This document shows positions 18,587 to 27,350 of a stretch of 64,000 nt of DNA, piece after piece. This stretch comes from Actinomycetes bacterium. GTDB taxonomy: Bacteria; Actinomycetota; Aquicultoria; UBA3085; Oleimmundimicrobiaceae. Within the stretch, counting starts at the first letter, position 1, and every line of letters starts with the position of its first letter. The notes beneath the pieces are model-generated. The model saw nothing but the letters and a program-made list of their open reading frames with translations, ran no database searches and was not told where the DNA came from. The translations under genes and the position numbers were made by a program. The stretch is from the NCBI GenBank assembly GCA_030614255.1, contig JAUWKI010000004.1, positions 4 to 64,003 on the forward strand. Reading direction: 5' to 3'.

Positions 18587-19525
18587 CTAGCCCATTAACT
18601 CATCAATGAACCTTTTTGTTAATTTAACAGCTTCAGGATGCCTCATAACTAAGATATCGCCCCCAGCTATTAACATGCTAACCGCGGTCATAAACTCCCA
18701 GAGAATCCCCCTCTTTTCGGGATCTCCCCAGTTTGAATCATCTTCTGTTTTCACTTCTTTGGTTTTCCAAACTTCTCTGCCAAAATCGCATAACGTCGGC
18801 ATTTGAGTCATCTCATCATTCTGTTGAAGAGCTGCGAGTCTTAATCTCTCGATGATTGAGTAGACATACTCCAATCCATAACCTAAGGCCGCACCGCTTG
18901 GGTCCATCACCAATCTATCAGCGTCCAAGCCTAGCTGAGTCATCAATATATTTAACTGCTTGGCCATATTTACATCAATTGGGGAAAGCCCTGAAACATT
19001 GTGTTTGTAACCAATGGCCGCAGCCGTTATTGATTTGTAGTTGTCTTCCTGAGATGGGCCCAATATAACTCTCTGCCCTTCTGCAACCTCGGCAACTTTC
19101 TTTAAAACCTCTCCGTCACTCTCAACGTTACCGCTTCCATAGACACATACCGGAACAGATACTACTTCCAGAATCGCCTTGGCCATCTCGGCAGCTTTTG
19201 CGGGATCCTTATTCTCGCCATTTGGATCGGTGCTAACAAGCCGCAATAAAATCATATCCGCCCCATACTCATCCTGGCACTTTTTGGCCCAAGCAACGGG
19301 GTCATTCAATACATCCTTGAATGGTTTAAGAACAGCACCTGGCCAATTATCTGGAGCTATATCATAAACCTCCATAGCTATAACCGGTCTTCTTGGCATC
19401 TCACCTTCAAAAAAGTGAAATGGAAGTGTGGCCTCTCCGCCGACCACAACCTGGTTGCTTTCTTTACCCACAGCAACCTCGCGAACCTTTCCTTGATATG
19501 TATCCACTGGTGCCTGAAATGCCAT
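18587..19525 (-). CDS. acsD: Corrinoid iron-sulfur protein small subunit (CFeSP delta, AcsD/CdhD)
   Basis: VVVGGEATLPFHFFEG region typical of AcsD TIM-barrel subunit. 312 aa. Confidence 0.85.
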   Translation of the reverse strand: MAFQAPVDTYQGKVREVAVGKESNQVVVGGEATLPFHFFEGEMPRRPVIAMEVYDIAPDNWPGAVLKPFKDVLNDPVAWAKKCQDEYGADMILLRLVSTDPNGENKDPAKAAEMAKAILEVVSVPVCVYGSGNVESDGEVLKKVAEVAEGQRVILGPSQEDNYKSITAAAIGYKHNVSGLSPIDVNMAKQLNILMTQLGLDADRLVMDPSGAALGYGLEYVYSIIERLRLAALQQNDEMTQMPTLCDFGREVWKTKEVKTEDDSNWGDPEKRGILWEFMTAVSMLIAGGDILVMRHPEAVKLTKRFIDELMG

Positions 19526-19575
19526 TTTGTATCTCCTTCCAAAACCAAATTTTTTCCTTATATCTCTCTACAACT

Positions 19576-20424
19576 TTATGCCTGCATTCTAGCTGCTTTA
19601 ATCGTATTTTTTAAGAGCATCGTTATGGTCATCGGGCCAACTCCACCGGGGACGGGAGTAATGGCCGAAGCCTTCACGCTCACGCTTTCAAAATCAACAT
19701 CTCCCGCAAGCTTCCCGTTCTCAAGCCGATTTACCCCGACATCGATTACAACAGCGCCTTCTTTTATCATCTCGCCTTTAATCATTTTCGGTTTGCCCAC
19801 TGCGGCCACCAGCACGTCTGCTCTTTTGGTGTGGAAACTTAAGTCTTTGGTCTTTGAATGGCAGATGGTAACTGTCGCGCTCTTCGATAACAACATGAGT
19901 GAAATCGGTTTTCCAACAATGTTGCTCCTTCCAACAACCACAGCTTCTTTCCCCTTCAAATCTATTCCCGCACGCTCAAGTAAGATCATTATTCCGTGCG
20001 GCGTACAAGGAAGAAATGTCTCTTCTCCTATAACTAGCTTTCCGATATTTTCCGGATGAAAACCATCCACATCTTTAGCAGGATTTATGGCATAAAGGAC
20101 CTTTTTTTCATTAATTTGCTTGGGCAAAGGGAGTTGCGCCAATATTCCATTTATCTTGTCGTCCACATTTAATTTATTGACCAAAACCAGCAATTCTTCC
20201 TCGGAAACATCCGCGGGCAAAACGTATTTCTCCGAGTAAATGCCAGTTTGAGCACAGCCTTTCTCTTTTTGCCCAACATAAACTTTAGAAGCAGGATCAT
20301 CTCCGACAATAACAACCGCCAACCCCGGCACGATACCTTCTTTCTTTAGCTGTGCTACCTCTTCTGTCATCTCTTGACGAAGCGAGGCAGCAATTGCCTT
20401 CCCATCAATAATCTTTGCTGACAT
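19576..20424 (-). CDS. folD: Bifunctional methylene-THF dehydrogenase / methenyl-THF cyclohydrolase
   Basis: KIIDGKAIA ... PGLAVVIVGDDPAS ... DVDGFHP motifs. 282 aa. Confidence 0.9.
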   Translation of the reverse strand: MSAKIIDGKAIAASLRQEMTEEVAQLKKEGIVPGLAVVIVGDDPASKVYVGQKEKGCAQTGIYSEKYVLPADVSEEELLVLVNKLNVDDKINGILAQLPLPKQINEKKVLYAINPAKDVDGFHPENIGKLVIGEETFLPCTPHGIMILLERAGIDLKGKEAVVVGRSNIVGKPISLMLLSKSATVTICHSKTKDLSFHTKRADVLVAAVGKPKMIKGEMIKEGAVVIDVGVNRLENGKLAGDVDFESVSVKASAITPVPGGVGPMTITMLLKNTIKAARMQA

Positions 20425-20443
20425 CTATTTACTCCTTTCGAGT

Positions 20444-21214
20444 TTAAAGATTAAGCTTCTCAATGAGCCCAGAAATTGCTCGAAAAGCACAAGAGTCACC
20501 GGGCAATTCCAAAATCGGTCTTTTCTTCAAATCCATCTCTAAAATCTGCTCGTCTAATGGAAGGGTCCCCAGAAGATTAAGGTTCAACTTATCTATCTCC
20601 TCCTTTAAAATGGGACTCAGCCCTTCTTTGGGAACACGATTTATTATCAAATATGTTTCTTCGACTTTAAGCTCAAGCTCTTTGACTAAATCTCTAATTC
20701 TGGCGGCTGCCCAAATGCCTCGAGGGCTTGTATCCGATATTAATAAAAGACGCTCCACCCCATAAGTCGTTCTCCTACTTAAATGTTCCATTCCGGCTTC
20801 ATTGTCCATAATCACATAACGATAATTTTTCGCCAGTATGTCCATATATCTCCGTAAAATATTATTTACATAACAGTAGCAACCGGGCCCTTCGGGCCTA
20901 CCCATGGTCAACAAATCAAATCCTGATGCCTCAACCAAAATTTCTTGGATTTTAAGCTCCAGATAAGCATCTTTGGACATCCCGGACGGGATTGAGCTAA
21001 CGTTCTTGGTTATCTCTTCTCTTACCCCACCGATGGAATCTACCACCTTAACACCTAAAACTTCATTCAAATTGGAGTTAGCATCAGCGTCCACCGCAAG
21101 AATCGGAGTCATTTTCTTTTCAAGTAAGTATTTAATTATCAAGGCACTTATGGTCGTCTTTCCTGTACCGCCCTTGCCCGCAACCGCTATCGTAAAAGCC
21201 ATCAAGTTCACCAC
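20444..21214 (-). CDS. cooC: CODH/ACS nickel-insertion ATPase (CooC/AcsF family)
   Basis: IAVAGKGGTGKTT deviant Walker A. 256 aa. Between RACo and folD. Confidence 0.85.
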   Translation of the reverse strand: MVNLMAFTIAVAGKGGTGKTTISALIIKYLLEKKMTPILAVDADANSNLNEVLGVKVVDSIGGVREEITKNVSSIPSGMSKDAYLELKIQEILVEASGFDLLTMGRPEGPGCYCYVNNILRRYMDILAKNYRYVIMDNEAGMEHLSRRTTYGVERLLLISDTSPRGIWAAARIRDLVKELELKVEETYLIINRVPKEGLSPILKEEIDKLNLNLLGTLPLDEQILEMDLKKRPILELPGDSCAFRAISGLIEKLNL

Positions 21215-21217
21215 TTG

Positions 21218-23137
21218 TTACTTATTTTTCAACTCTCTCATCACCGTCGGAAACAGCTCTACATTCGTGTGAGGCAAAAATAAAGCCGAAATATATTTAT
21301 CCATAAACTTAGCATCGGCGCTTAACTCCACATAAGCCATCTTCTCGGCCACCTCTTCCGCCTCCAATAAAATTTCTTTCGACAATGAACCGAGGCTTGC
21401 CCCTGCAAGAGAACCGTTGCCTACAAACTTCACCTTCTCAAACGGACATTCAGGCAAAAGACCTATTATTTGAACCCGTTCAATTTCAAGATAGTTGCCA
21501 AAGGCGCCGGCAATAAAAATCTCTTCAATATCTGATACATTTACGCTGGCGTTCTCTAATAAAACACTTATCCCGGCGAAAACAGCCGCTTTTGCTCTTA
21601 TTAAATTATCAATATCTACTTCTGTAACTACTATGTCCTTGCCATTAGCGGTTTCATTAGCCCATACTAAAACATACTCGGGACAATGCTTCCCTTTTCT
21701 AACTCTCGGACAATCAATGTTCATATTTATTTTGCCCCTCTGATCCACCACCTTGTTTAAGAACATCTCGGCTAAAACATCAATGAGACCGGACCCGCAA
21801 ATACCGGCGGGCTTTGTTTGCCCAATAGTTAAAATCATTGGTTCATAAGTATCCTTGTCAATACGAATCTGCTCGATAGCCCCCTTAGTCGCTCTCATGC
21901 CATGTTTGACACCGCCTCCCTCAAAAGCAGGGCCAGCCGAACAAGAGCAAGCAAGCAACCAATCAGCATTCCCCAAAACAATCTCCCCGTTAGTCCCAAC
22001 ATCTATAAATAACGTTAGCTTATTTGAACGAGACATCCCCGAGGCAATAACGCCAGCGACCACATCCCCACCAATATAACTGGCAACACAAGGGAAACAA
22101 TAAGCATAGACCTCTTCAAGAATATTCATCCCGAAGTCTTTCGTTTTAATCCAGGGAAAATTCGTCGCAGTAGGAACATAGGGAGCTTCTCTTATATATT
22201 TGGGGCTTAATCCAAAAAGCAGGTGAGTCATAATTGTATTGCCGGCTAGAATTAAACAAGAAATATCGGAAAGTTCAATTCCTGCTTTACTCACCAACTT
22301 CGCTATAAGCTCGCTTATCGTGTTTACAATCAACGATTGCAATTTAACAAGCCCGTCTTTTTTACAAGAAAAGATCATCCTTGAAATTACATCTGCTCCA
22401 CAGCTGGCTTGAGCGTTATAATCGGAACCCTGGGCCACAGCCACTCGCTCGCTTAAATTTATTAAACGGGCACCGACGGTGGTTGTCCCAATATCTACAG
22501 CTACAACATAGTTTTTCCCAGTGGTATCCCCGGCTTCAACTTTGACAATCTTAGCATGGGAATCAGACTCAACTAAAGTTACCGTGACTCGCCAACTTGC
22601 CTCCCTGAGAACCCGAGCCATATACTTTGAGACCGAGAGATCGATATCCATTTTCTCTTTTAAACCGTGAGTTTTGCTTAGAGTGCGCTTTATTCTTCGC
22701 AAATCGTCCGCATTATCATCTAAGGTAGGCGGAGACATCTCAATATAAAGTTTTTGAACTTGGGGGCGCTTCTTCCAACTCGAGAGATGCTCTTCCCAAC
22801 TCCGCGCAGATAACATGTGTGAGGTGGGAGCTTTTTCTCTTTCGATAAATTCCCCCAAGCGAGATTCAGGCGGAATCTTTACCTCCAAATCGCTCTTAAC
22901 TGTCGAGAGACAGGCAAGCACATAGCCCTGCTCAATTTCTTCAGTTGTCAATCTGCTAGTCGATCGCTGCTCAACGATACCCTTCTCTATAATCATCCGA
23001 CATTTTCCACAGGTTCCATCTCCACCACAGGAAGCGCTTATGCAAACCTCAGCAGCCATTGCGGCACGCAAGAGATTTTCTCCTTCTTCCACTTCAACTT
23101 GCCTATTATCCGGATAGAAGGTTACTTTACACTTCAT
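21218..23137 (-). CDS. Reductive activator of corrinoid iron-sulfur protein (RACo-like; 2Fe-2S ferredoxin + ASKHA ATPase)
   Basis: N-terminal plant-type 2Fe-2S (CISASCGGDGTCGKC). ~640 aa. Confidence 0.75.
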   Translation of the reverse strand: MKCKVTFYPDNRQVEVEEGENLLRAAMAAEVCISASCGGDGTCGKCRMIIEKGIVEQRSTSRLTTEEIEQGYVLACLSTVKSDLEVKIPPESRLGEFIEREKAPTSHMLSARSWEEHLSSWKKRPQVQKLYIEMSPPTLDDNADDLRRIKRTLSKTHGLKEKMDIDLSVSKYMARVLREASWRVTVTLVESDSHAKIVKVEAGDTTGKNYVVAVDIGTTTVGARLINLSERVAVAQGSDYNAQASCGADVISRMIFSCKKDGLVKLQSLIVNTISELIAKLVSKAGIELSDISCLILAGNTIMTHLLFGLSPKYIREAPYVPTATNFPWIKTKDFGMNILEEVYAYCFPCVASYIGGDVVAGVIASGMSRSNKLTLFIDVGTNGEIVLGNADWLLACSCSAGPAFEGGGVKHGMRATKGAIEQIRIDKDTYEPMILTIGQTKPAGICGSGLIDVLAEMFLNKVVDQRGKINMNIDCPRVRKGKHCPEYVLVWANETANGKDIVVTEVDIDNLIRAKAAVFAGISVLLENASVNVSDIEEIFIAGAFGNYLEIERVQIIGLLPECPFEKVKFVGNGSLAGASLGSLSKEILLEAEEVAEKMAYVELSADAKFMDKYISALFLPHTNVELFPTVMRELKNK

Positions 23138-23155
23138 TTAAACACCCTTTTCCTT

Positions 23156-24850
23156 CTAGAATAAACCAACTATTTTGCCGTTCTCATCGATATCAATTTT
23201 TGTTCCAGCGGGCACAGAAGGGAGCCCCGGCATCGTCCTCATATCACCACACAACGGATACAAGAAACCAGCACCAACCGATGGACGAATATCCCGGACA
23301 GGTAAACGAAAGTTGCGCGGCCTTCCTTTTAACATGGGATCATGAGATAGCGAAAGGTGTGTTTTAGCCATACAAATTGGGAACTTGTCCCATCCATATT
23401 CGGCATATAGTTTAATTTTCTTTTCTGCAACAGGAGAAAAATCGACTCCATCCGCACCATATATTTTAGTTGCAATAGTTTCAATCTTCTCTTTAATTGA
23501 GACATCGTCAGGATAAAGAAACTTAAAGTTCGATGGCTTTTCACAAGCTTTTGCAACCGCTCCCGCAAGCTCTTTTCCGCCCTCTCCACCTTTAGCCCAA
23601 ACTTCACTTTTAACAGCATCCTCGGCCCCGGCAGTTACCGCTCGCTCGCGTATCAAATTTATTTCTTTCTCAGTATCAGTTACAAATTTATTGACAGCGA
23701 CAACTATCGGCACCCCAAAATTCTTTAAATTCTCGATGTGTGCTTCTAAATTCTCAATACCCTTGGAGAGAGAGTCCAAATCTTCTCTGATTAGAGCCGG
23801 GTCAAGCGGCCTTCCGGCAACTACCGTAAATCTGCCGCTGTGCATTTTGAGCGCCCGAACTGTAGCAACAACTACCACGCAGTTCGGCTTTAAGCCACTT
23901 ATACGACACTTGATATTCATAAATTTTTCAGCTCCGCAATCAGCCCCAAAGCCGCTTTCTGTGACCACGTAATCTGCAAGTTTTAAAGCAATTTTATCAG
24001 CAATTATTGAGTTGTTGCCATGAGCAATGTTGGCAAAAGGTCCAGCATGCACAAGACACGGAGTATTTTCTGTCGTTTGAATAAGGGTTGGTTTTATTGC
24101 ATCTTTCATTAGAACGGCCATTGCACCGGCACACTTTAGCTCCTCGGCCGTCACGGGTTTGCCATCGTGAGTGAAGGCAACAACTATCCTGCCTAAGCGC
24201 TCCCGTAAATCCTTCAAGTCGCTCGCAAGAGCCAAAATCGCCATTACTTCAGAAGCAACGGAAATGTCGAAACCGGCCTCTCTTGGGATACCATTGACTT
24301 TACCGCCCAATCCGATAACTATGTTGCGCAAAGCTCTGTCGCTTATATCAACAACTCTGTTCCAACTAACGGTGTTCGGGTCGATATTTAGCTTGTTCCC
24401 CTTAAGAATATGATTATCAATAAAAGCAGCAAGCAAATTGTTGGCGAGACTTACAGCATGAACATCGCCCGTAAAATGCAAATTGAAATCTTCCATAGGC
24501 AAAACTTGAGAATAACCACCGCCAGCCGCTCCGCCTTTTATGCCAAAGACGGGACCCAGAGAGGGTTGCCTTATGCATGTCATTACTTTCTTGCCAATCG
24601 CATTTAACCCAAGAGAAAGCCCAATTGTTGTTACCGTCTTGCCTTCACCTAACGGGGTTGGTGTAATGGCAGTAACATCAATATATTTACCATTAGGCTT
24701 ATTTTTTAATCTGCTCAAAACACCCAGATCTATTTTAGCTTTATACTTACCATATAGCTCAATTTCGTCTTCTGTTAAACCAAGATTGTTGGCAATTTTC
24801 TCAATTGGCCAAAGTTTCGCTTCTTGTGCAATTTCCAAATCGCTCTTCAC
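23156..24850 (-). CDS. fhs: Formate--tetrahydrofolate ligase
   Basis: PTPLGEGKTVTTIGL motif. ORF track begins at 24874 with a weak TTG start; an in-frame GTG at 24848-24850 has a strong AAAGGGGGA RBS and is the more likely start. Confidence 0.9.
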   Translation of the reverse strand: MKSDLEIAQEAKLWPIEKIANNLGLTEDEIELYGKYKAKIDLGVLSRLKNKPNGKYIDVTAITPTPLGEGKTVTTIGLSLGLNAIGKKVMTCIRQPSLGPVFGIKGGAAGGGYSQVLPMEDFNLHFTGDVHAVSLANNLLAAFIDNHILKGNKLNIDPNTVSWNRVVDISDRALRNIVIGLGGKVNGIPREAGFDISVASEVMAILALASDLKDLRERLGRIVVAFTHDGKPVTAEELKCAGAMAVLMKDAIKPTLIQTTENTPCLVHAGPFANIAHGNNSIIADKIALKLADYVVTESGFGADCGAEKFMNIKCRISGLKPNCVVVVATVRALKMHSGRFTVVAGRPLDPALIREDLDSLSKGIENLEAHIENLKNFGVPIVVAVNKFVTDTEKEINLIRERAVTAGAEDAVKSEVWAKGGEGGKELAGAVAKACEKPSNFKFLYPDDVSIKEKIETIATKIYGADGVDFSPVAEKKIKLYAEYGWDKFPICMAKTHLSLSHDPMLKGRPRNFRLPVRDIRPSVGAGFLYPLCGDMRTMPGLPSVPAGTKIDIDENGKIVGLF

Positions 24851-25000
24851 AATAAATCCCCCTTTAATTGGCAAACAAAAGTAACTATAGATGAGATTAT
24901 TTTAGTTTGACCTCTTAAAAATAACAACCACTTTGCCCTCAACGATACAAATTTGAAGGTAAGTGGCCAAATAATGCATTCACTGGTATGGATTTTAAAC

Positions 25001-25744
25001 TTACATACCCAAAATTGATTTTAGCTCCGAAGCTTTTCTTCGACTGACCGGAACTTCAATTTCTCCCGAAAGACGCAAGATAAAACTTCCATGAAACATC
25101 GGTATAATTTCTTTAGCTTTATGTATATTGACAAGATAACTTCGGTGAGTTCTAAAGAAGCCCCTACTCAAGAGACGGGATTCCAATTCCTTCAAATTGG
25201 AAGAGGCAGGATAAACACCGCCCGTCGCGTGAACAAAAATTCGCTCATTCTGAGCATGTATATAAGCAATATCATTGATTGGCAGTAGAATCATTTTCCC
25301 TTTCTCTTGCACGGGCAAGAGATCCACTCCCGTCTTCTCCCCCTTGACCTTCTTCTTGTGCCCGAGTCTTTTGGGGTCCGCTTTATATCGAGAAACTTTC
25401 TCTATGGTTTGAACAAGACGCTTCTCCTCAAATGGTTTAACCAGATAATCGAGGGCATCGAGCTCAAATGCTTTTACCGCATATTCTCCATAAGCGGTAA
25501 CGAAGACAACCGCTGGCGATGAAGGAAGCTCCTTAATGATTTCGGCTACTTGCAGACCAGTTAACCCCTGCATCTGAATATCCAGGAAGACCACATCATA
25601 ACTTAATGCTTTTATGAGCTCGATTGCTTCATCCGCGTTTGTAGCTTCGCCAACCACCTCGACATTGCTTATCTCTTGCAGCATATATCTGAGCTCTGAG
25701 CGAGCAGGCACCTCATCGTCAACTATTAATGCTTTAATTTTCAT
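25001..25744 (-). CDS. LytTR-family two-component response regulator
   Basis: Receiver domain (LIVDDE..D) and C-terminal LytTR DNA-binding domain. Overlaps the kinase gene stop. Confidence 0.85.
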   Translation of the reverse strand: MKIKALIVDDEVPARSELRYMLQEISNVEVVGEATNADEAIELIKALSYDVVFLDIQMQGLTGLQVAEIIKELPSSPAVVFVTAYGEYAVKAFELDALDYLVKPFEEKRLVQTIEKVSRYKADPKRLGHKKKVKGEKTGVDLLPVQEKGKMILLPINDIAYIHAQNERIFVHATGGVYPASSNLKELESRLLSRGFFRTHRSYLVNIHKAKEIIPMFHGSFILRLSGEIEVPVSRRKASELKSILGM

Positions 25745-27059
25745 TTTTCCCTCCCATTATGGGAATGCGCATCGTAACCTTAGTACCTTTATTCTCTGCG
25801 CTGATTACTTCCAATGCATACTCTTCGCCGTAGAGATTTTTTAGCCTTTCATTTACATTACTTAAACCTATCCCCATCCCCTTACCAAACCCCGGAGATA
25901 GAACTCTACTCAAATCTTCCTCGCTAATACCTTTACCATTATCGCATACTTGAACCGTCATCTCTGAATTATGAATTTTCGCCACTACCCTTATTTTGAT
26001 ATGCCCCTCCGATGTTCCTCCGTGTTTAATCGCATTTTCAACTAGGGGCTGTATAATTAGGGCCGGCATCTTAATCCCCAGGGCTTCTTTGTCTACATCT
26101 TCCAACACCTGGAGATTCTTTCCAAACCTAGCCTTTTCGAAAAACAAATACGAGTCAACGTAATCGATCTCTTCCTCCAAGGTAACCAAGTCCGATTCCC
26201 GTTTAAGTGATTGTCTAAAAAAATCAGCAAATTGGATTATGAGCCGTCTGGCTTTTTTGGAGTCGGTTCTACATAAACTAGCAATAGTGTTTAGGGTGTT
26301 GAAAAGAAAATGCGGGTTTATTTGAGCCTGTAACGCCTTAAGTTCAGCATTACAAGCAAGTTTCTCTTGCCTGTCGATTTCCGAGAGCTCAAGCTGGGTA
26401 CTCAATAGTTTGGCCAATCCTTCAGCAAGTGTTATTCTGCTCTCGGTCAATTCTTCTTTATCAGGATAATAAAATTTTAAAGTGCCAACCGCCTTGCCGC
26501 TCACCTCCAAAGGAACGACTATGGCTGCTCTTAAGGGGCAATCGGAAACGGGGCAACCTATCTCTTCTTTGCTCTCCAAGATTCTTACTTCGTTGTGTTC
26601 CAGAGCTTCTTTGGTTGCCTCCGTTAAAATCGGCCCACCTGTCTTGTGGTGATCCTCCCCTACGCCGGAGAAAGCCAATACCACTGTCAGATCCGTAAGT
26701 GCCACGGCCATCGAGTCGGTTTTTCCCCTCAATATTGCCACAACTTCGCTTCCCGATTCTTCATTAAGACCTGTTCGAAGATACGGCAAAGTAGCATTTG
26801 CTATCTCAAAAACCTGATGTGAGTATATAGCTTTAAAATGCTCGGACTCGCCTTTCTCTACCCATGTCTTCAAAACCACGAATATCACAAGTGCCACAAA
26901 CGGCCCTAATAAAATCAAGCCCCATCCTTCAGAGATTGCTCCGAAACGAGACAGTATCCATCCAAAGACCATGGTGATAAATCCTACGAACATGCTCATC
27001 AGTATCATCTGACGTTTAAATTTATCCGCCCCAAGATGCTCTTTATGTTTAATAACCAT
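25734..27059 (-). CDS. Sensor histidine kinase (LytS/YehU-type His_kinase + HATPase, with TM segments and GAF-like domain)
   Basis: NPHFLFNTLN H-box of the LytS family. C-terminal ATPase G-boxes. Two N-terminal TM helices. Confidence 0.8.
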   Translation of the reverse strand: MVIKHKEHLGADKFKRQMILMSMFVGFITMVFGWILSRFGAISEGWGLILLGPFVALVIFVVLKTWVEKGESEHFKAIYSHQVFEIANATLPYLRTGLNEESGSEVVAILRGKTDSMAVALTDLTVVLAFSGVGEDHHKTGGPILTEATKEALEHNEVRILESKEEIGCPVSDCPLRAAIVVPLEVSGKAVGTLKFYYPDKEELTESRITLAEGLAKLLSTQLELSEIDRQEKLACNAELKALQAQINPHFLFNTLNTIASLCRTDSKKARRLIIQFADFFRQSLKRESDLVTLEEEIDYVDSYLFFEKARFGKNLQVLEDVDKEALGIKMPALIIQPLVENAIKHGGTSEGHIKIRVVAKIHNSEMTVQVCDNGKGISEEDLSRVLSPGFGKGMGIGLSNVNERLKNLYGEEYALEVISAENKGTKVTMRIPIMGGKNEN

Positions 27060-27134
27060 ATTTTATCCTCAAGTATTAAATACCATTATTATACAATATT
27101 TAATATCTACGTGCCGGGGGATACGTTTTGAAAA

Positions 27135-27344
27135 TTGCACTCTTTGCAAGCTTTTTTGGGAGGAGTGGTTGCATCGGTAATTGGGATGTTGGTGGCAATC
27201 ACGTTGAATTTTGGAAAGCTAAATTTGGTAGACCTTAAAACATATACACTTTTTGGTGGCTCACTCATAGCCCTCGTTTACTTCGACATAGAATCAGTAT
27301 ACGTCATCCTTATAAGCTGTATAATCTCGCTTATTATTTTCTAA
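27135..27344 (+). CDS. Hypothetical small two-TM membrane protein
   Basis: 69-aa hydrophobic ORF, the only plus-strand ORF in this region. Weak call. Confidence 0.25.
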   Translation: MHSLQAFLGGVVASVIGMLVAITLNFGKLNLVDLKTYTLFGGSLIALVYFDIESVYVILISCIISLIIF

Positions 27345-27350
27345 CAACTA

